DNA of 64,000 nucleotides from contig NC_057719.1 in assembly GCF_004010195.1 (NCBI RefSeq), positions 83,726,827-83,790,826 of the forward strand, in the 5' to 3' direction. The notes below the pieces were generated by a model. That model searched no databases, was not told the DNA's origin, and saw nothing but the letters and a program-made list of their open reading frames with translations. The stretch comes from Chiloscyllium plagiosum. Taxonomy: Eukaryota. Position 1 is the stretch's first letter. Every line of letters starts with the position of its first letter. Shown here piece after piece: positions 12,261 through 23,078 of the stretch. The translations under genes were made by a program, and so were the position numbers.

Positions 12261-12663
12261 ACAAAATGGATTGCCCACCCATTATAGAATCCACGTAAAT
12301 ATCATTTTACTTGTTTTTCCAAACTTCGCTTGCTGTTAGCACCAACTATTCTACCCAGCTCTACCAAAACAGAGCCAACACAGATGTCAGTGGAGCTCAC
12401 ATTTGTGACTCCCTTCCAACGGAGACTATTTCTGGCTTACAAACATTTAATAAAAATCAGAACTAGTGGTCTCAGCCAAGGCACTGATGTTTACTAAAGA
12501 TTGTGTGACATTTGGAAATGATCTACAGTGATATAATCATAATAAGTTACATTACCACAGAACAATAAACCCTTTCTGGCCTGCAGTCTCTTCTCTTCTA
12601 TTACCTATTTGGCCCCTGGGCACCCTCCTTCCCACTGGACTGTCTCTTTCTGTCTCATACAGC

Positions 12664-14030
12664 CATAGAGACATACAGCATGGAAACAGACCCTTCGGTC
12701 CACCTTGCTCATGCTGACCAAGTTTCCCAAATTAACCTAGCCCCACTTGCCTGCATTTGGCCCATACTCCTCTAAACCTTTCAAGTCCACGTACATGTCC
12801 CAAGGTCTTTTAAACTTTGTAACTGTACCTGCATCCACCACATAGAACATAGAACATAGAACAATACAGCACAGAACAGGCCCTTCGGCCCACGATGTTG
12901 TGCCGAACTTCTAACCTAGATTAAGTACCCATCCATGTACCTATCCAAATGCCGCTTAAAGGTCGCCAATGATTCCGACTCTACCACTCCCACGGGCAGC
13001 GCATTCCATGCCCCCACCACTCTCTGGGTAAAGAACCCACCCCTGACATCTCCCCTATACCTTCCACCCTTCACCTTAAATTTATGTCCCCTTGTAACAC
13101 TCTGTTGTACCCAGGGAAAAAGTTTCTGACTGTCTACTCTATCTATTCCTCTGATCATCTTATAAACCTCTATCAAGTCACCCCTCATCCTACGCCGTAC
13201 CAACGAGAAAAGGCCGAGAACTCTCAACCTATCCTCGTACGACTTCCTCTCCATTCCAGGCAACATCCTGGTAAATCTTCTCTGCACCCTCTCCAAAGCT
13301 TCCACATCTTTCCTAAAGTGAGGCAACCAGAACTGCACACAGTACTCCAAATGTGGCCTAAACAAAGTCCTGTACAGCTGCAACATCACTTAACGACTCT
13401 TGAATTCAATCCCTCTGCTAACGAACNTGCAGCCGACAACAGCCCTCTTCACTGTCCACAACTCCACCTATCTTTGTATCATCTGCAAATTTACTGACCC
13501 ATCCTTCGACTCCCTCATCTAAGTCATTAATAAAAATTACAAACAGCAGAGGACCCAGAACTGATCCCTGCGGAACTCCACTTGTAACTGGGCTCCAGGC
13601 TGAGTATTTACCATCTACCACCACTCTCTGCCTTCGACCGGTTAGCCAGTTTTCTATCCAATTGGCCAAATTTCCCTCTATCCCATGCCTCCTGACTTTC
13701 CGCATAAGCCTACCATGGGGAATCTTATCAAATGCCTTACTAAAATCCATGTACAAACCACGTCCTCTGGCAGTTCATTTCACATACGAACCACCCTCTG
13801 TGTGAAAAAGCTGCCCTATAGCTTTCTTTTAAATCTTTCTCCTTTCACCTTGAAATTATGCCCTCTAATTTCGAGCTCCCCCACCCCCACCTTTGCTATT
13901 CATCTTATGTATGGTCCTCATGGTTTCAGAGCTCTCTATAAGGTCATCCCTCAACCTCCTACATTCCAGTCCCAGCAATATCTGGTACATCTTTTCTGAA
14001 CACTCTCCAATTTAATAATATCCATCCCAC
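12664..14030 (-). mobile_element. Older CR1 3' fragment split by the insertion at 12841-13752
   Basis: Sequence before 12841 resumes after about 13755; colinear with 42123-42652. Confidence 0.8.
12841..13752 (-). mobile_element. Young 5'-truncated CR1/HER1 LINE
   Basis: Clean RT ORFs ([32 protein letters not shown]) and (catagaa)n tail; a segment is missing at the n near 13427. Confidence 0.95.
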
Positions 14031-14229
14031 AGCAGAGGAGCGTGTGTGTGTTTGTATGTGAGACCACCAGATGTATTCTTTACCTTTGGGACAGAAAAGT
14101 GATTTTAAAAACCCATCTGGCCGTTTAATGCTTACGCTTACATCACGTGGCACATTCTTATGTCAAATTCTCCAAACTATTGTAGTGCTAACTCTGGAGT
14201 TGAAATAGCACAAAAAAAATTGAGTATTA

Positions 14230-16594
14230 ATGAAGTGAATGGAGCGGTATTTGTTAGATGTGTTCAGGTCAATATGCAAACAGTCCAACTAAGGAAGGGG
14301 CCATATAGATTTGGTGTCAGGGAATGAGCCTGGTCAGGCAATTAAAGTTTCAGTGATGGAGCATTTTGGGATCACTGACCACAATTCTGTAGGTTTTAAG
14401 TTACTTAAGTTCTGTAGGTTTTAAGGTTAAGAGTAGTCCTTGGATTTTCTAAACTGGTGGAAGGCTAATAACCACAATATTAGGTAGGAACTGGGAAATG
14501 CAGAAAACTGAAAGATTGGGGCAGATGTTTGAGGGTAAATCCACATCCGGCATGTGGGAAACTTTCAGAGGTCAGTCCATTAAAGTTCAGGACCAACATG
14601 GCCCTGTGAAAATGAAGGATGACAATGGCAAGATTTGGGAACCTTGGATGACAGGAGAAATTGAGAGCTTAGTCACAAGGAGCAAGGAGGCATGTGTATG
14701 GTTTAAGAAACTGAAGTCAGACAGAACTCCTGAAGAATTCAAAGATAGCAGGAAAAGACTCAAGCAAGAAATAAGGAGGGCGAACGGGGGCCATAAAATG
14801 TTTTTGGCAAACAGATTAAGGAAAATTCTAAGGTGTCTTGTACATATATAAGGAGCAAGAGGGTAGCTAGGGAAAGGGTAGATCCACTCAAGAACAAAGG
14901 AGGAAATTTATGCACGGAATTGGAGTAAGCGGGTGAGGGCTTTATTGAATACTTTGCATCAGTATTCACAAAGGAGAGGGGCATGGTGGATGGCGAGTTT
15001 CAAAAGTGGTATGTTGATATTCTGGGGCATGTCAATACAAAAAAGGAGGTAGCGTTGGCTGTTTTAAAAAGTATCATGTCAGACAAGTCTCCAGGACCTG
15101 ATGGGATCTATCCCAGAATGCTGAGGGAGGCAGGTGAGGAAATTGCTGGGGCCTGATATGAAATCTTTGTGTTCTCTTCAGTCACAGAAGAGGCCCCAGA
15201 GGATTGAAGATTAGCCAATGTTGTTCCTTTATTTAAAAAGGGCAAGAGATACAATCCAGGAAATTACAGGCCAGTGAGCCTTACGTCAGTGGGAGGGAAA
15301 TTATTGGAGAAGATTCTTGGGGATAGGCTTTACTCAAATGGAAAAAATATGGATTTGTTAGCCAAAGGCAGCATGGTTTTGTGTGGGAAAGGTCGTGTCT
15401 CACAAACTTGATTAAGTTTTTCAAGGAAGTAACAGATGATTGATGAGGGCAGGTGTTGTCTGTATGGACTTGAGCAAGGCCTTTGATAAGGTCCCTCATG
15501 GCAGATTGATACTGAAGGCAAAGTCACATGGGACCTGTGGTGAGCTGGTGAGATGGAAACAGAATTGGCTTAGTCATAAAAGACAGAGAGGAGCAGTGGC
15601 AAGGCGTTTCTTTGACAGGAGTACTGTGATCAGTGGTGTTTTGCAGGGAACGGTGTTGGGACCCCTGTTGTTTGCAATATATATAAAGGATTTTGAGGAG
15701 AATGTAGATGCCTGATTAGTAAGTTTGCAGATGACACAAAGATTGGAGGAGCTGTGGATAGTGAGGTGGATTGCCAGAGGATATAGCGGGATATAGATAG
15801 GCTGGAGAGACTTGGGCAGAGAAATGGCAGATGGAGTTTAATCCGGATAAATGCAAAATTATGCATTTTGGAAGATCTAGTGCAGGAAGGAAGTATATAG
15901 TAAATGGCAGAACCCTTCGTTACATCAACATACAGAGGATCTAGGTGTACAGGTCCACAGTTCCTGAAAGTAGCAACACAAGTGGATAAGGTAGTCAGGA
16001 AGGCATATGGCACACTTGCCTTTGTTGGTTGGGGCATGAAGTATAAAAATTGCTAAGTCATATTGTAGCTGTATCGAACTTTAGCTTGTGCAGTTGGTGT
16101 ACAGTTCTGGTTGCCACACTACCAGAAGGATGTCAAGATTTTGGAGAGGGTACAGAAATGGTTTACCAGGATATTGCATGGTTTGGAGACTATTAGCTAT
16201 GAGGAGAGATTGGACCAACCTGGTTTTCACTTGCACATCGAAGCATGAGGAGCAACTTCACAGATGTTTAGAACATTATGATAGGCATGGACAGAAGTTG
16301 GAGCCTTTTTTCCAGGACAGAAATGTCAATTACTAGGGGATATAGGTTTCAGGTAAAAGAGGGTAAGTTTAAACATTTGAGAGGCGTGGTTCTTTAACTC
16401 AGAGGATGGCAAGTACCTGGAATGCGCTGCCAGAGAAAGTTGTGGAAGCAGATACAACAATGGCATTTAAGAGGTATATGAATAGCCATGAAGTGTGAAT
16501 AGAGGCAAGAGTTTTAATTCAAAAAGTCGTCATGTGTCGGTGCAGTCTTGGTGGGCCGAAGGGCCTGTTCACGTGTTATACTGTTCTTTGTTCT
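14230..16594 (+). mobile_element. Long decayed CR1 LINE (endonuclease C-terminus to 3' end)
   Basis: DLSKAFDKVPHGRL, GVLQGTVLGP and FADD motifs with multiple stops and frameshifts. Confidence 0.92.
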
Positions 16595-17506
16595 TAGCCC
16601 AGCTCCACCTCGGTCTTGATCATTTACATGCACCTGTTGATATAGTGGGAGTGAGCCGTTGTTTGGGTTTATCATCAGTCATGTATGTTCTTTTTTAAAG
16701 GAAGGTTCCCCCTAATTTCTCCCCAATTTCCATTAAGTTGCCTTCCTCCCCATCTCTCCTCAAGGAGCTGACTCTTTCTTAGAGCAGTCTCCCTGGCTTC
16801 AAAGTGCCATCTGGAGCCTCATGTTTTTTGTCTGTGAGGCTTGATGTTGAGATCGGCGGCCTATTTGGCTTTGGAATGAGAAAAGAAAAAAAAAATCTTG
16901 ATCTCGCCCAACTCCTACCTCTGTGCAATTTCTAAGGAGAAGATCATTGGATAGAAGCTGGGAGAAATAAAGTTGGCCATAGCCAATTATGTTAAGCACA
17001 CAGCCCACAATGTTCTGGATGTGATCAGCTATCACAGCATAGATAGGAAATCCAGCCTAGGCCCTGAGGCCTTTATAGTTCAGTATTATTGGACAAATGT
17101 TTCTGCACTAGACCATCAAGTGTTTGTATTTTTATTTTCCCCAAGATTATATGTTAGACGTCCTACCTAACTCCAGGACCAACATGTTCTCAGCTCCTTG
17201 CTATGTAAAATCATATCATGAAAAACATTGAATATTTGTATATGATTGCTGTAACTCTCCCCTGGCTTGCTTAGAAAGGGCATAGTGTGCATTGTTTATT
17301 GCGCAGTGTGAAAGGTCAATATGATCTTCTGCACTGCACTACATAGGCCAGATCTTAATGATCTGTCCATATTCAATCCAATTAAATCTTTCAGCATTCT
17401 AGAAATAAAGTGACCACTGAAGGTGCTGACATGGACTGTGGTCCATCATTTGCCCATCATTGCTTGTCAATCACTTCATGTTAGTGACTAGTTCAAATTG
17501 CTGAAA

Positions 17507-18019
17507 ATAGACAATAGACAATAGGTGCAGGAGTAGGCCATTCAGCCCTTCGAGCCTGCACCGCCATTCAATATGATCATGGCTGATCATTCCTAATCAG
17601 TATCCTGTTCCTGCCTTATCTCCATAACCCTTGATTCCACTATCTTTGAGAGCTCTATCCAACTCCTTCTTAAATGAATCCAGAGAGTGGGCCTCCACTG
17701 CCCTCTGGGGCAGAGCATTCCACACAGCCACCACTCTCTGGGTGAAGAAGTTTCTCCTGAGCTCTGTCCTAAATGGTCTACCCCGTATTTTTAAGCTGTG
17801 TCCTCTGGTTCGGCACTCACCCATCAGTGGAAATATGTTTCCTACTGCCAGAGTGTCCAATCCTTTCATAATCTTATACGTCTCAATCAGATCCCCTCTC
17901 AATCTTCGAAACTCAAGGGTATACAAGCCCAGTCGCTTCAGTCTTTCAGTGTAAGGTAATCCTGCCATTCCAGGAATTGACCTCGTGAACCTACGCTGCA
18001 CTCCCTCAATCGCCAGAAT
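17507..18019 (-). mobile_element. Young 5'-truncated CR1-type LINE, second 3'-UTR family
   Basis: Uninterrupted 134-aa RT C-terminus (QRRFTR..RGDLIETYK..FFTQRVV) and (aatagac)n tail. Confidence 0.93.
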
Positions 18020-18229
18020 ACTGAGCTGTGATTAGGAATTTGACTCACCAAAGGTTACCAAATGATCAGAGAGCTGGTCCACAGGGATTCATTCTTTCTG
18101 AGCTGAGTGCTTTGAAATGCAGGAAACCAGAAAGATCATCAAAACCTTTTGGTTTACTTGGTTCCTGAGCTGGCACTGGGTCAGTGGCCACTGAATAGCA
18201 TCAGGAGCACATCCATGGTCCAATGGAGT

Positions 18230-18720
18230 AAATCACTGCACATTGAGGCAGACATGGAGTGGTCATAGGGGACTTGACAATTGAGAGGTCAGAAGCATTC
18301 GAGCAACCATCTGTGTTACATCTGTACAGTGTGATGCCTCGTTGGTGTCAGTCTATACAACAACATCACTAAAAGGAGGCAGGACATTTTGTGTGAAAAA
18401 GGTAACAGCCAGAAGTCCTGCTCCTGTTGACTTTGGAAGGAAAAGAATTTGTGTTTCTGAAGTCAGAAGTACCTGAATTAGTGAGGAGATCCATGATGGC
18501 CTCAAAAAAACCTAACAATCACTCCAACTTTGTCAGACTAAGAGGATCTTAAATGCATGAAATGTAAACAGTACAGACATAAGTAAGAGCATGATATAGA
18601 GGCAATAACAAAGAGTTGGCTCAATGAGAAGGTAGCGTGGGCATTTTCCTATCAAGGACAGAGAAAAATATCCAAGGCCAGAGATCCTAGGATGACGAAT
18701 GGTACAGCAATTAAAGTGAC
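18230..18720 (+). mobile_element. Ancient CR1 5' remnant (ORF1 esterase start and ORF2 endonuclease start)
   Basis: gtggtcataggggac (VVIGD) and gcaataacaaagagttggctc (AIT.SWL-like) remnants. Confidence 0.45.
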
Positions 18721-19653
18721 ATCACATGGGAAAACCACAAACCAAAAAAACCAAATTTGCTGAAAGACTCCCTCAAAATAATTACAACAAGATTCTTTTT
18801 TAGTTTTTACTGTAACATGATTCAGAACCAATAACATGTATAATTTAATAGGGAAATGATAGTTTTATAATAAGGTAAATTCCACTTTAAGTAGTTAATC
18901 CAACTACTCTGTCGTATGCAATCACAAGAATTAGCATCATTTCAACACGCACAAATGCTACGACATAGTGACGCAGTTCCACAAATTGCTGTTCTCTGCT
19001 TACTCAGAGGAGGTCCGGTACTCTTGTTGATAATAGCTTTCATCCTTGAGTTTTCCTTGCAACACTATCCATCAGGGTGGGTCATGACAATCCTGATGGC
19101 GTGGTTTTCCAAAGGACCAACCAAAACATCCCGGTTCATGTTTTGGCCACTTCTGGGAAAATATCCAGCTCTTTGGTGTTTTCAAGCCATTCTTGCAGTT
19201 TTACAGGTTTTAGACCTTTTTAGTCAGCATGCATAGACTCTCCAAGAACTCCTGTCTTCTTTTCAGCCAATAAGAATTACTGACCTCTTTGTCAAAGTGA
19301 TATGCTTCTTTTTCTCAAAAACAATTCTCTGTGCCCCTCTTCTTGTCTCTGTTTTCTCTTGTAAATCCTCATTTTGTCTGCAGCTCTCGTAATTGTTTGA
19401 CGGGCAAACGGCTTCTTTCTTAACCTTCTGTTGGCACTGCTTCAAGGTCAGGGGTCACGTGAACTTGTATTTCTTATCATCCAAGAATGGAACAATTGAT
19501 CCCTTTACAATTGTTGCAAGCTCTTAAAACTACTTTTCAAATGTTCTACAAAGAAATTAGATCCCCACAGATGCTTTGAAGAAATTATACATTTTCCTCA
19601 CTATACTGTTTCCAGTTCAAAGGTCATCACAATTGTAAGGTGTACAATATAAT

Positions 19654-19685
19654 TCCTGAAGAAGGGCTCATGCCCGAAACGTCGA
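19654..19685 (+). ncRNA. Minimal type I hammerhead ribozyme motif
   Basis: uc-CUGAAGA-a-GGGC-ucau-GCCC-GAAA-c-GUC-ga; helix III is only an ACGU palindrome and stem I is 2 bp. Confidence 0.7.
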
Positions 19686-19747
19686 TTCTCCTGCTCCTTG
19701 GATGCTGCCTGACCTGCTGCGCTTTTCCAGCAACACATTTTCAGCTC
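19654..19747 (+). mobile_element. Solo Penelope-like terminal cassette (family A), 94 bp
   Basis: Perfect 13-bp TSD tgtacaatataat (19641-19653 and 19748-19760); near-identical to 53974-54067. Confidence 0.9.
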
Positions 19748-19964
19748 TGTACAATATAATAGACAACCGTGTAAAATACAGATATCTAAAACAAAAGAGG
19801 TGCAAAATATGAGTAACAGAACATCAAATAACATAAGAGGAAGCCAAAAAAGACTCTGTAGCCATTTAAATAGTAAAAAGAGAGTGAAGACGTGTTGCTG
19901 ATACAGACCCAAAGAGGAGAATACTGTGAGTTCAACAACTTCTCCAGAAACATGAGCACCAATT

Positions 19965-20285
19965 TATACTGACACTCATGTGCAATGTTGTATTGTCTGA
20001 AGACTGATCTTTTGAGCAGAATATAAAACCAAGGCTCTATTTGGTCTCTCAGGTGAACACAGAAGAACCCATAGCACTATTCTGCAGGAGACCAGGGGGG
20101 AGTTCTCCTGGGTATCATCTGCAACACATAACCAGCAGAAAAAGCAAGCTGTCCAGTCATGACTGACTGCTGTGTTTCCTACATTACAACAGTCGCTACA
20201 TTTCCAAAGTACTTGATCGGTTTTAAAGCACCTTGGAATGTCCTGAAGTTGTGGAGGACGCAATACAAATACGATTATCATTTCT
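19965..20285 (+). mobile_element. Deu-domain SINE with L2-like tail
   Basis: ctgacact..tgtgca...ctctcaggtg...cccatagcactatt core; colinear with 11120-11440. Confidence 0.7.
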
Positions 20286-21237
20286 TGTCACTTTTCTTCC
20301 CCTCTGTTTGAGGCACTGACTCTTTTTGAACTACAGCTTCACAACATCCAGAAATCCTTCGCCAAGTGGTCATGAGTTGGCCGAGAAGTACGGTAATTCT
20401 GACTACTGAACCACAGAGTGAAGTCTCGTAGCTAAGCCTGAGACTGTGCTAGTCTAACGCCCACACATACAAAACATTGCTACTTAGGTGGAGTGGCTGG
20501 ATGTGCAGACACATCTGATTTCTTTACATTTCATAGTGCAGGGGTGCTGTGGACAGTTATTGCAACCAAACTGCTATTTTGGCTCATGCTAGGAATTGGT
20601 GATGGGACTTCAATTTTATGTGGCTGAGTGCCCACAGGGTACAGTGCACTGATGGAATGGTGGGGCGCACTTTCTGCCCCATCCTCCCAAGGTGGAACAG
20701 ACTTTCCTCTCTGTATCACTACACATAATGTTTTCATTGCCAGTAAAGAAAACTCACCCAACTGAGTCATGTGATCTTGACAAGCATATCAGCCTACAGT
20801 ATACAACGTCTGCAGGAAACCAAATAGTTAGACTGTTCTGATTCAACCAGTAGACCGTCTTATCCAGCTGAGATAAGTGACTTCAAGAGACAAGACAACA
20901 CTGAGACTCCTATCACGTTGGCCTCTACTTAAGATTTCAAGGATATGGGTTTTAAAAGTAAGAGGCCTCTCTGTGATTGAAGTAGTCTTCCATACTTATG
21001 AAAGAAAAACATCACATTCACCCCCCCCACCCCCCCCCAGCTTGCTATGTTTATAGAATAGCTCCAATTACGGTATTCACTGCTGTGAAATGCCCTTTTT
21101 GTGTCTCTGTGCTACGGCACTGTTACAAGAAATCATTCAGTTATAGCCCAACATCTGCTCTACATTCGGAAAAACCACATTTACAGAGGAGATGTGACTG
21201 AGTGGGAGTTGTTCCCAACTAAGATCCAAATTCAGAC

Positions 21238-21436
21238 TTGATGTGGAGGTGCCAGTTTTGGACTGAAGTGAACAAAGACAGAAGTCATATGACATCAGGT
21301 TATAGTCCAACAGGTTTATTTGAAATCCCAAGCTTTTAGAGTGTTGCTCCTTCACCTGATGAAGGAGCAGCGCTCCGAAAACTTATGATTTCTAATAAAC
21401 CTGTTGGACTGTAACCTGGTGTCATGTGACTTCTGA
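21238..21436. mobile_element. Palindromic Penelope-like cassette (family B)
   Basis: Inverted arms 21279-21354 and 21360-21435; 12-bp TSD ccaaattcagac (21226-21237 and 21437-21448). Confidence 0.88.
21353..21387 (+). ncRNA. Minimal hammerhead motif at the hairpin apex
   Basis: cac-CUGAUGA-a-GGAGC-agc-GCUCC-GAAA-acuu-aug; helix III and stem I each carry a substitution relative to the left arm and the 37863 copy. Confidence 0.55.
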
Positions 21437-21987
21437 CCAAATTCAGACGGATAGACTTTTGATGGGTAAGAGATTTAAGGGTCATTGAACCAAGGCAGGT
21501 AGGTGGAGTTAAAGTACAGATTGGTCATGACCTAACTGAATAACCTCAGGGGCGGAATGATCCCACTCCTGTTTCGTTTAAGTTTGATCCAAGTCAAATC
21601 AAACAGTTTTGAATGAAGTGAGTCATTGCATGGTGGGAAAATCATCCAATTTAATTCCAACATACATTTAATTTACTTCCGTTTGCTCTCATTGTGAAAT
21701 CTACTTGCCATTCATATACAGAAACCCAAAGAACTTCATCCTTCCATAGTCACCACCCAAGTGAAAAATCGCCAAAAGCTAAGCCCTTTCTTAGCCATTT
21801 ATTTCAAAGAATTACAATTTTTAAAATGAGCCCCTCTCTGTTTGTCCAAGACCAGCTGAAAGGTGAGAAAAGCTGTCGAGTCATGGCAATGATTCAATTC
21901 CCAACTGTAGCCCTTTCAAGACCTATCTGGTATAGATTACTGACAGCTACAAAATGTCCTTGAGGATCTGATTAAAGTCATACTCAC

Positions 21988-22175
21988 ACCACCCTGATCA
22001 CCGGCCAAACAGTGCAGACTGCACATTTTACTTGGCAGCCCAGAATTTTCTTTTTTGTTATTTTGCTGCTTTTCTTTAGCAGAGGTGAAGGCCATTCACT
22101 CCCACGAAGAGCACAAGGGGAAGAGAGCTCGGATGCAGATGGGCAAATTGGCAGACGGCTCTTTCCCACAGGTCC
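21988..22175 (-). other. Candidate 188-nt exon (minus-strand reading)
   Basis: Antisense ccacttcctctacag acceptor and gtgagta donor; one open frame GPVGKSRLPIC...VWPVIRV. Confidence 0.25.
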
Positions 22176-22222
22176 CTGTAGAGGAAGTGGTTGTCGTTAC
22201 AATTGATGAAGCTTGTCTTCAG
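22080..22222 (+). CDS. Candidate 143-nt coding exon of unknown product
   Basis: Long pyrimidine tract ending ttag, donor cag/gtgact; open frame EVKAIHSHEEHKGKRARMQMGKLADGSFPQVPVEEVVVVTIDEACLQ. Confidence 0.3.
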
Positions 22223-22439
22223 GTGACTCAATGCAGGAAAACAGCTCTGCAGTGAAGGAATTGTATCTATGGACAAAATTCTGCTCACCATGATTAAGTT
22301 CCCCGCTGAGGATATAGTGCAGTGGTTATGTTGCAGGACTAATTATTGAGAGGCATGGGCTAATAATCCAAGGGATGAGTGTTCAAATCCAATAATGATA
22401 GATTGCAAATGTGAAATCAGTTTCCAAAAAAACATTCAA

Positions 22440-22720
22440 AATTCCCTAGATTCTTGACAGGTCCTAACAGATTGGAAAGTCACAAATATAACACTCCTTT
22501 CAAGAAAGGAGAGAGACAGAAAGCAGGAAACTGTAGGCCAGTTCGCCTGGAACTCACTATTAAGGAAGTAGTAGGAGGTCATTTGGAAAATCATAATACA
22601 ATTAGGGTCAACATGAAAGAGAAATTGTGTTTAACAAATGCACGAGAATAGCCTGAGGATGTCACAAGTGACATGGATAAAAGGACCAGAGTAGATCCTA
22701 TTTCGATATGGCGATGTCCA
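22440..22720 (+). mobile_element. Decayed CR1 RT N-terminal fragment
   Basis: PFKKGERQKAGNCRPV peptide. Confidence 0.75.
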
Positions 22721-22907
22721 ATGAATCTTCGGAGTTGAAGCAATGCATGCTACCAGGCCTGAGATAGGCCCAGGCATTAAATACTGCCTTGACTGTCATT
22801 TCCTGCTCAATCCACTGCCCTTTCACTGTGGCCCTAGTATCTGTCAAGTTACTGAATTGTACATTTTTCAATAAATTGAATGAGACTTCATCAACATGAA
22901 GTTATTA

Positions 22908-23005
22908 AATCTGGAGAAGTCAGGCCAGACTCGAAATGCTAACTCTCTTTCTCTCTCCATAGATGCTGCCAGACCAGCTGATTTTCTCCTGACCTTTTCC
23001 GTGAC
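22908..23005 (+). mobile_element. Penelope-like terminal cassette (family C), decayed hammerhead
   Basis: CTGGAGA-agtc..gactc-GAAA-tgct-aac followed by agatgctgccagaccagctga; homologous to 1935-2036. Confidence 0.65.
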
Positions 23006-23078
23006 TGTATTCAGAATAACCTGCACAGGGAGAACTTCTGCGGCCCCAGCACAGACTGCATGCTGTCTCCTCTTGGAA

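Noticed and set aside
20337..20391. Phase-compatible + strand exon candidate upstream of 22080
   Set aside because: Appears to lie in an old SINE-like remnant and its splice signals are only moderate
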